Source: Candidatus Hodarchaeota archaeon
Lineage (GTDB): Archaea > Asgardarchaeota > Heimdallarchaeia > Hodarchaeales > Hodarchaeaceae
DNA length: 32,866 nt
Reading direction: 5' to 3'
NCBI GenBank assembly: GCA_016839815.1
Contig: JAEOTM010000150.1
Span: 1-32,866, forward strand
Part shown: positions 26,760 to 32,866 of the stretch, piece by piece
Numbering within the stretch: the stretch's first letter is position 1
Layout of the letters: each line of letters starts with the position of its first letter
Position numbers and translations under genes: made by a program
Notes under the pieces: model-generated
Told to the model about the DNA's origin: nothing
Database searches by the model: none
The model's input: the letters and a program-made list of their open reading frames with translations, nothing else

Positions 26760-26801
26760 TCCAAACGTCTATCCTCCTAGTCAACGAAGGAGCCAAATTG
26801 A

Positions 26802-27383
26802 TTGCGAAAAGACGCAGAAGGTCGTCATCGATTCAAAATAGTATTTTACGGCCCCTCTCTTTGTGGAAAAACTACTACTCTAGGTTGGTTATATCATAAA
26901 GTTGAAGGCTTAGAAAAGGGTAAATTCACACAGCTCGCAGATCCACATGGCCGTACATTATTTTTTGATTTCGCACCGATGCAAGCAACAACAGGAGTAG
27001 TATTTGATGTTTATACTACAGCAGGTCAAGATAGACATAAACATCAACGTAAAATAGTTATTCAGGGTGTAGATGGCATATTATTTGTTGTAGATTCCAC
27101 ATCAGATCAACTGAAAGAAAATCTATCATCTTTCGAGGAACTCGCACTGCATTTGGGAGAAGAATTAGGTAGAACTATTCCATTAGTGATTACTTTGAAT
27201 AAACGGGACATGGAAAATGCACTACCTCGGTCAGAGTTAGTAGAAAAATTGAATTTATCTAAATATCCAATATATGAGACTGTAGCTACAACAGGAATAG
27301 GAGTAAAACGTGCTTTCCAATCACTTGCACGGGAAATTTTGATGATTCAATTATACGGAACAAAGACATCTCAGAGTGATTAA
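26802..27383 (+). CDS. mglA: MglA-family small GTPase
   Basis: KIVFYGPSLCGKTT, MglA signature RTLFFDF, TAGQ, RKIV..GVDG..FV.DS, NKRD, ATTG.GV. Confidence 0.9.
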   Translation: MRKDAEGRHRFKIVFYGPSLCGKTTTLGWLYHKVEGLEKGKFTQLADPHGRTLFFDFAPMQATTGVVFDVYTTAGQDRHKHQRKIVIQGVDGILFVVDSTSDQLKENLSSFEELALHLGEELGRTIPLVITLNKRDMENALPRSELVEKLNLSKYPIYETVATTGIGVKRAFQSLAREILMIQLYGTKTSQSD

Positions 27384-27646
27384 TCTTTTTTCTTAAGTAT
27401 TACCGTCCAGCCTCTTTTCTCAACTACTTCAGTGTTTCTGTTCAACACAGTTTTCAGAATTGTAATAGCTTCCTGACGTGTGTTGTATGGTGCATTTTTT
27501 AAAAATTTGATCTTAACAATTTTTTCCTTCTTTAATCGATTACTAAGTTCGATAAGGAAGGATTCAGATAAGCCATTTTTGCCTACTTGCAGGTTCGAAG
27601 ACTCGGATCTAATATTACGCAGGTTTGGTTGATGTACCTTGGGCAT
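27380..27646 (-). CDS. YhbY/CRM domain RNA-binding protein
   Basis: QVGKNGL....L.E....LK....VKIK, VEKRGWT.IL. Confidence 0.9.
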   Translation of the reverse strand: MPKVHQPNLRNIRSESSNLQVGKNGLSESFLIELSNRLKKEKIVKIKFLKNAPYNTRQEAITILKTVLNRNTEVVEKRGWTVILKKKD

Positions 27647-27899
27647 GATTTTCGCTACCTTCCAATCAGGAGCGATTTGTTATGATAATATTATACTTTT
27701 GCTTTCTTACCCCTAAATTCATTCTAGTTTGATAGATTGTAATGGAAGGAGATTTTCTTCGTAATATCTACATATTAGGATCTTATATTACTTTGAGTAG
27801 AAAGAATGACTTAAGTAGGATTATTCTCCTTGTACACCTTCTCATTCGGAAATATCTCGGAATTAGAAATATATTTATAGGAGAGTAACTAAAATTCAC

Positions 27900-28352
27900 A
27901 TGTCTACGCAAAGATATGTGCAGAATTTTGTTTACAAGGGTGTAATAATGTACATTCCCGATAGTGATGCAGATCTACAAATGCATAAGGAAATCGTTGG
28001 AGTCTTGGAAGCATTTGTTAGTAAATTGCCAGCCATAGACTTTGCAAGCGTTGTTAGTCTCGAAGGGCTTCCAATTTCATCTTGGCCTCCGAAATTACCT
28101 GGTGACTTAGATGATGTTCGAATTGCAGCCATGACCGCAGCAATTCTCAGTCTAGGTGAAAGAGCAGTCATGGAAACAGGAAAGGGGGAAATGACCCGAA
28201 TTCTTGTGGAAGGAAATGAAGGTTATCTCATTTCAGTTCAATCAGGCTCTAAAGCTGTATTAACTGCTTCAGCAAATCGATCTGTAAAACTAGGCTTAAT
28301 TTTTCTTGATATGAAACAGGCCGCTAAGAAGATTGGGGAGATACTGGGTTAA
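27900..28352 (+). CDS. Roadblock/LC7 domain protein
   Basis: VVSLEGLPI, RIAAMTAAILSLGER, G.M..I.VEG..G, LGLIFLDMK.AA. The true start may be a downstream ATG. Confidence 0.92.
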   Translation: MSTQRYVQNFVYKGVIMYIPDSDADLQMHKEIVGVLEAFVSKLPAIDFASVVSLEGLPISSWPPKLPGDLDDVRIAAMTAAILSLGERAVMETGKGEMTRILVEGNEGYLISVQSGSKAVLTASANRSVKLGLIFLDMKQAAKKIGEILG

Positions 28353-28447
28353 TCCAAAATTAATTTTTATCTAATTTTCTCATTGATAATGCAATTTCTG
28401 CGGTTTGGCTCTATTGAATATTCTAAGCATTGGTGTTTAGTAAGCAC

Positions 28448-29695
28448 TTAATATAACTTACTTCTCATTGCTTGAACTCTTTGAAAATAAAAATCGTGAA
28501 GAACAGTGTCATTTAGTGCTTGCGCAGTTTCCGCAGCTCTCTCATAATAGATCATCGCTGAATCATACGTTTGTTTAATGTCCTCCAGATTACCAAATAT
28601 CCCATATGCAATCATAAGATTTTTGGAATCACCAGATTTTTCAAACGATTCAATTGCTTCTGTCAGATAATGGGTTGCCTGGACATCACTAGAAACATCA
28701 CCCATCTTTAGATTTTGACAAAGCACTTTAGCGATATTAACTTGGGAAATTGCTAAGTTTATTTTATCATTACGCTCTTCTGCATGACCACGTGCAATAT
28801 CAAAGTTTTTAAGGGCACTATCATAGTTGGCTAAACGAAAATAGCATTCTCCAATATTTATGTATGCATTCACAACAGCGTTGTGCATATTGGCTTTTTT
28901 AGCTTTTTCTAAGGCGTTTTCAAAAACTGAGACAGCCTCTTGAAATTCATTCTGTTCATAGAGTAATATTCCCTCGGTAGAAAAGACATTCTCTTCTAAC
29001 ATGGGATCACCTAATTCCAAAGAATACTTTCTAACAATTTCTAGACGTTCTTTCGCAAGAGGATAGTTTTTTGCTTCTAAGGCTACCTCTAATTGTGCAA
29101 ACATGGCATGGAATTGACCATTTAAATCGGCTAATATTGAAAAGATTTGATATGCTTTTTGAAAGCCAGAAATAGATTTCTTTGGATCTGTAGTCAGTAG
29201 TCTACGACCAGAATCAAGTAATCTCCATGGTTCTTCACCTATAATATCAGCGATTTGTCTCCATTCTTGCTTTGAAATACCGCAGATCACACTTTTACTT
29301 CGCCATTTTTGTGGAAAGTCAAATAATTCATTAACAAGATCTAGAAGAAGGTTATTATCTCCTCCAGCTTGGGCTGCGACACTTTGAGGGCCAACTGCTC
29401 TAAGCTTAAGATCTCCCTCGGAAAATTCAAATAAAACACCAAGAGGAACCGTTTTCTTCTTGTCTTCTCCCCATTTTCTACCAACAATGAGCAGAAAATT
29501 CTTTGATGGAAATTCAATATCTTCACGAATAACTGTTTTCAGTGCAAGTAACCAATGGTAATCTGTATCGAAAAAACTCGATATTAATCTACCCTGAAAT
29601 TCGGGATCCCAATCAACTAAATCTTCAACGTCCGCTAGCTCAATTTCCTCCTCCTGACCAGCCCCTAAAGCAAAATGAACTTTCCAAATGACCAT
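28448..29695 (-). CDS. Tetratricopeptide repeat protein with an unassigned N-terminal domain
   Basis: Repeats such as G..Y...EF.EA...FE.AL, AY.NIG.CY...ANYDSAL.NF..A and G.L......YDSA..YYERA. Confidence 0.85.
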   Translation of the reverse strand: MVIWKVHFALGAGQEEEIELADVEDLVDWDPEFQGRLISSFFDTDYHWLLALKTVIREDIEFPSKNFLLIVGRKWGEDKKKTVPLGVLFEFSEGDLKLRAVGPQSVAAQAGGDNNLLLDLVNELFDFPQKWRSKSVICGISKQEWRQIADIIGEEPWRLLDSGRRLLTTDPKKSISGFQKAYQIFSILADLNGQFHAMFAQLEVALEAKNYPLAKERLEIVRKYSLELGDPMLEENVFSTEGILLYEQNEFQEAVSVFENALEKAKKANMHNAVVNAYINIGECYFRLANYDSALKNFDIARGHAEERNDKINLAISQVNIAKVLCQNLKMGDVSSDVQATHYLTEAIESFEKSGDSKNLMIAYGIFGNLEDIKQTYDSAMIYYERAAETAQALNDTVLHDFYFQRVQAMRSKLY

Positions 29696-29923
29696 TCGTT
29701 CTTCACCCTACTTTCTTAGTCGCGAGATACAGCTTCATTATAATTCTTACATTGGTTAACTTAAATATAATTCTCAATAACATAGTGACGCTTTAGTGAA
29801 TTACATTATAACTACTCGAATATTCCATTCTGCCAAAGTAACTCTCTAGATTTGATTTCGTTTTTAGAATTCTCATCCAGTTCAATTGCTTCAGCGAACT
29901 ATTCTTGAAGAGACCTATTTAGC

Positions 29924-31354
29924 TTATGGTTCAGGATCATCAATTGATAATTGACTGGTTCGATATTTTGGATGATATTTTTCTAACAACTTTGGAGGAA
30001 TTCGTTTTAATTCCTCTTCTGGAAGATCTGAAAGTAGATTCCATGCCAGTTCCAGTGTATCAAAAATCTCTCTCGATTCGTAGTACCCTTGGCGTAAAAA
30101 CTCACTTTCGAACCTGTCAGCAAATCTTAAGTACTTTTTATCGGTTGCACTTAAGCTTTCTTCTCCAACCACGGCAACTAAATCCCTTAAGTTTCGTCCA
30201 AGGGAATAACCTGCAAACATTTGATCTGCAACTGATTTATGACATACATGGGTTCGTCCTCTTCCTATCCCTTCACGCATAAGTCGACTCAAACTTGGCA
30301 TAGGATCAATTGGGGGATAGATCCCTCTTCGATTTAAATCGCGATCTACGATCAGTTGTCCTTCTGTTATATAACCAGATAAATCAGGGATTGGATGAGT
30401 AATATCATCTGAAGGCATGGATAAGATTGGAAGCTGAGTGATTGTACCAGTATGTCCTTTTATTCTTCCTGCTCGCTCATAAATTGTAGCTAGATCAGTA
30501 TAGAGATAACCAGGATAGCCACGACGCCCAGGTACCTCCTCACGCGCTGCCGAGATTTCACGAAGCGCTTCTGCATAGTTTGTCATATCGGTTAGAATAA
30601 CTAGGCAATGATAATCATACTCAAATGCTAAATATTCTGCAACCGATAATGCAATTCGTGGTGTAATTAGTCGTTCTGCCGCAGGAGAATCTGCTAGATT
30701 TAAGAAGAGAATAACTCTTTCAAGAGCACCAGTTTTTTCAAAATCCTCTCTAAAGAATCGTGCTTCTTCAGTAGTGATTCCCATTGCTGTAAAAATCACA
30801 GCAAACTCCTCTTCTTTTCCTAGCACCTTTGATTGGCGAGCAATCTGTGCTGCAATATTATTATGAGGTAACCCACTTCCTGAGAAGATTGGAAGTTTCT
30901 GACCTCTAATTAACGTATTTAACCCATCAATTGATGAAATACCCGTTTGAATAAACTCTCTAGGATATTCTCGAGAATAAGGATTTATGGGGGCCCCAGT
31001 AATATCTAAACGCTCTTCTGCAAATATTTGAGGTCCTGCATCGATAGCTTTTCCACTCCCAGAGAAGATACGTCCAAGCATATCTTGAGAAACTGCAATT
31101 TTAATTGTTTCTCCAAGAAATCTTACAGAGGTCTTTCGAGTATCAAGTCCTTGTGTCCCTTCAAAAACTTGCACAACTGCAATATCTTTTGCAACCTCCA
31201 AGACTTGTCCAGTCCTCTTTTCCCCTTCTGGAGTGATTACGTGCACAATTTCACCGTAAGCTACTCCTTTGATATTCTTAACAAATAATAATGGTCCAGC
31301 TATCGATGATACTGTGGAATAGGTGATCACTGATGAGGGAGATTCGTTAATCAT
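29924..31354 (-). CDS. atpB: A/V-type ATP synthase subunit B
   Basis: [73 protein letters not shown]. Confidence 0.98.
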   Translation of the reverse strand: MINESPSSVITYSTVSSIAGPLLFVKNIKGVAYGEIVHVITPEGEKRTGQVLEVAKDIAVVQVFEGTQGLDTRKTSVRFLGETIKIAVSQDMLGRIFSGSGKAIDAGPQIFAEERLDITGAPINPYSREYPREFIQTGISSIDGLNTLIRGQKLPIFSGSGLPHNNIAAQIARQSKVLGKEEEFAVIFTAMGITTEEARFFREDFEKTGALERVILFLNLADSPAAERLITPRIALSVAEYLAFEYDYHCLVILTDMTNYAEALREISAAREEVPGRRGYPGYLYTDLATIYERAGRIKGHTGTITQLPILSMPSDDITHPIPDLSGYITEGQLIVDRDLNRRGIYPPIDPMPSLSRLMREGIGRGRTHVCHKSVADQMFAGYSLGRNLRDLVAVVGEESLSATDKKYLRFADRFESEFLRQGYYESREIFDTLELAWNLLSDLPEEELKRIPPKLLEKYHPKYRTSQLSIDDPEP

Positions 31355-31401
31355 AATTTATTCACTTCTTTATTCTTCTTAACAAATTAGTATATCGTTG
31401 A

Positions 31402-32866
31402 TTAAATTCTTTTTGCTGCTGAATAATTAGTACGCAAATTCTTTAGTTCTTCACAAAGCCCCTCAATTGGTATTCTTGTCTGCTCCATACTATCTCTATG
31501 TCTAATTGTGATGTTTTCATCTTCAAGCGTATCAAAATCGACGGTAACACAAAATGGGGTTCCTATTTCATCATGTCTCCGATATCTTTTACCAATTGAC
31601 CCACTCTCATCAAAATAAACTGTAAATCCTTGGTTTCTCAAGAATTTAAATATCTCTTTAGCTTTATCGAGAATTTGGGGTTTTTTCTGGAGAGGAAAAA
31701 CAGCTACATCATAAGGAGCTAAACTAGGGTGAATTTTCAAAACTACTCGTTTTCTGTTTTTTACAGTCTCCTCTTGATATCCATCGGCTATTATTGTTAA
31801 CAAGATACGTCCAAGACCTACAGATGGCTCTGCAACAACATATGGCACGTACCGATTCATACCTTTCTCATCAGTCTCACTAAATTGAAGTTTTGCTTTA
31901 GAGAATTTTTGGTGCTGTTCTAAATCATATTGAGTTCTATTTGCACACCCCATTAACTCCTTCCATCCAAATTTATAATGGTATTCAATATCCCAAGTAT
32001 CTAAAGCATAATGACTTAATTCTGATTCCAAATGCTGTCTAAAGCGTAGTTTTTTACCATTTATACCCATTTTTTCAGTAAACCAGTTATTAAAGACAGC
32101 TAACCAATATGCCTGCCATTTATTTTTGAAGATTTCTTCATCCCAAGCTTCTTGGAGCTTCATTGGGATATAGTCCTTTGATATAGATTCGGTTTGTTCT
32201 TTTCTTGAATAAATATTCACAGAATATTGAGAGACCTCTTCAAAAACAGGACAATCATTAGTCTTTTGGGGGTCAGTAAAATATTCAAACTCCATTAATT
32301 CATATTCACGAACTCGGAATAAAAAATTACGAGGAGAAATTTCATTTCTAAAAACAATCCCTGATTGAGCAATTCCAAATGGCATTTTTACACGAGTAGA
32401 GTCGATTACATTTCTAAATCCAGAAAAAATTAACTGAGCATTCTCTGGTCGAAGATAAGCTACTGAAGCTGAATCTTGAACTGGTCCTACTTGTGTATTA
32501 AACATTAAATTGAAGGTAATTGGTGTACCCAACTTACCTCCACAATCTGGACAATTTAATTTTTCTTTATGGACAAGTTTCCCCATCTCATCAAGATTTA
32601 AATGCTCTGTTTGGATTTTTAATTGATCTTCAAGCAGATGGTCAAGTCTAAGTTTCTTTTTGCATTTTCCTTCACAAAAAATTAATGGATCAGTGAAACT
32701 TGAAAGGTGTCCTGAAGCCTCCCATACTTTGGGGTGAGTAATGATTGCTCCTTCATACCCAACAATATCATCACGGTTTCTAACAAACTCTGTCCACCAT
32801 GCATCTTTGATATGATTTTTAATTTCTACACCAATTGGTCCATAATCCCAAAATCCAGCTAAACCC
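31402..32866 (-). CDS. glyS: Glycyl-tRNA synthetase (alpha2 type), 5' end runs off the window
   Basis: Frame is open to the window edge (GLAGFWDYGPIG.E.K...WEASGH...F.DP); FNLMF, YLRPENAQ, FRNEISPR..LFR.RE, IGKRYRRHDEIGTP. Confidence 0.97.
   Translation of the reverse strand, partial: GLAGFWDYGPIGVEIKNHIKDAWWTEFVRNRDDIVGYEGAIITHPKVWEASGHLSSFTDPLIFCEGKCKKKLRLDHLLEDQLKIQTEHLNLDEMGKLVHKEKLNCPDCGGKLGTPITFNLMFNTQVGPVQDSASVAYLRPENAQLIFSGFRNVIDSTRVKMPFGIAQSGIVFRNEISPRNFLFRVREYELMEFEYFTDPQKTNDCPVFEEVSQYSVNIYSRKEQTESISKDYIPMKLQEAWDEEIFKNKWQAYWLAVFNNWFTEKMGINGKKLRFRQHLESELSHYALDTWDIEYHYKFGWKELMGCANRTQYDLEQHQKFSKAKLQFSETDEKGMNRYVPYVVAEPSVGLGRILLTIIADGYQEETVKNRKRVVLKIHPSLAPYDVAVFPLQKKPQILDKAKEIFKFLRNQGFTVYFDESGSIGKRYRRHDEIGTPFCVTVDFDTLEDENITIRHRDSMEQTRIPIEGLCEELKNLRTNYSAAKRI

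Noticed and set aside
125-31288. Numerous short antisense or nested ORFs in the six-frame track (e.g. 125-328, 2383-2604, 6034-6351, 16782-17120, 22737-22955, 29926-30282)
   Set aside because: They are shadows of well-supported genes and carry no motifs.

Overview
AT-rich archaeal chromosomal segment, most likely from an Asgard archaeon (Heimdallarchaeia-like; taxonomy is inferred from gene content). Archaeal housekeeping genes (Rpp30, Pop5, THUMP, Cgi121, PRTase, thrS, Ard1, Nop10, aIF2-alpha, S27e, GINS, YhbY, A/V-ATPase B, partial glyS) surround many eukaryotic-signature genes. The main feature is a ~10 kb cluster (11.7-21.8 kb): two Arf-family GTPases, a CCDC47/PAT-complex-like membrane protein, a JAMM isopeptidase, an E2, a Zn-ribbon/UBC-like protein, a GG-ending ubiquitin-like modifier with UFM1-like motifs, a UBA3/UBA2-type E1, a winged-helix-repeat/RING-like candidate E3, an SPFH-SHOCT protein and an ESCRT-II Vps22-like protein. 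Also present are a tRNA-Thr(GGT) gene with three introns, a catalase-PerR divergon with bacterial-style signals, and an MglB-MglA module next to a prepilin peptidase. Two small ORFs missing from the ORF track (a Zn ribbon and Nop10) were read by hand. All homology calls come from motif recognition and recalled sequences, not database searches.
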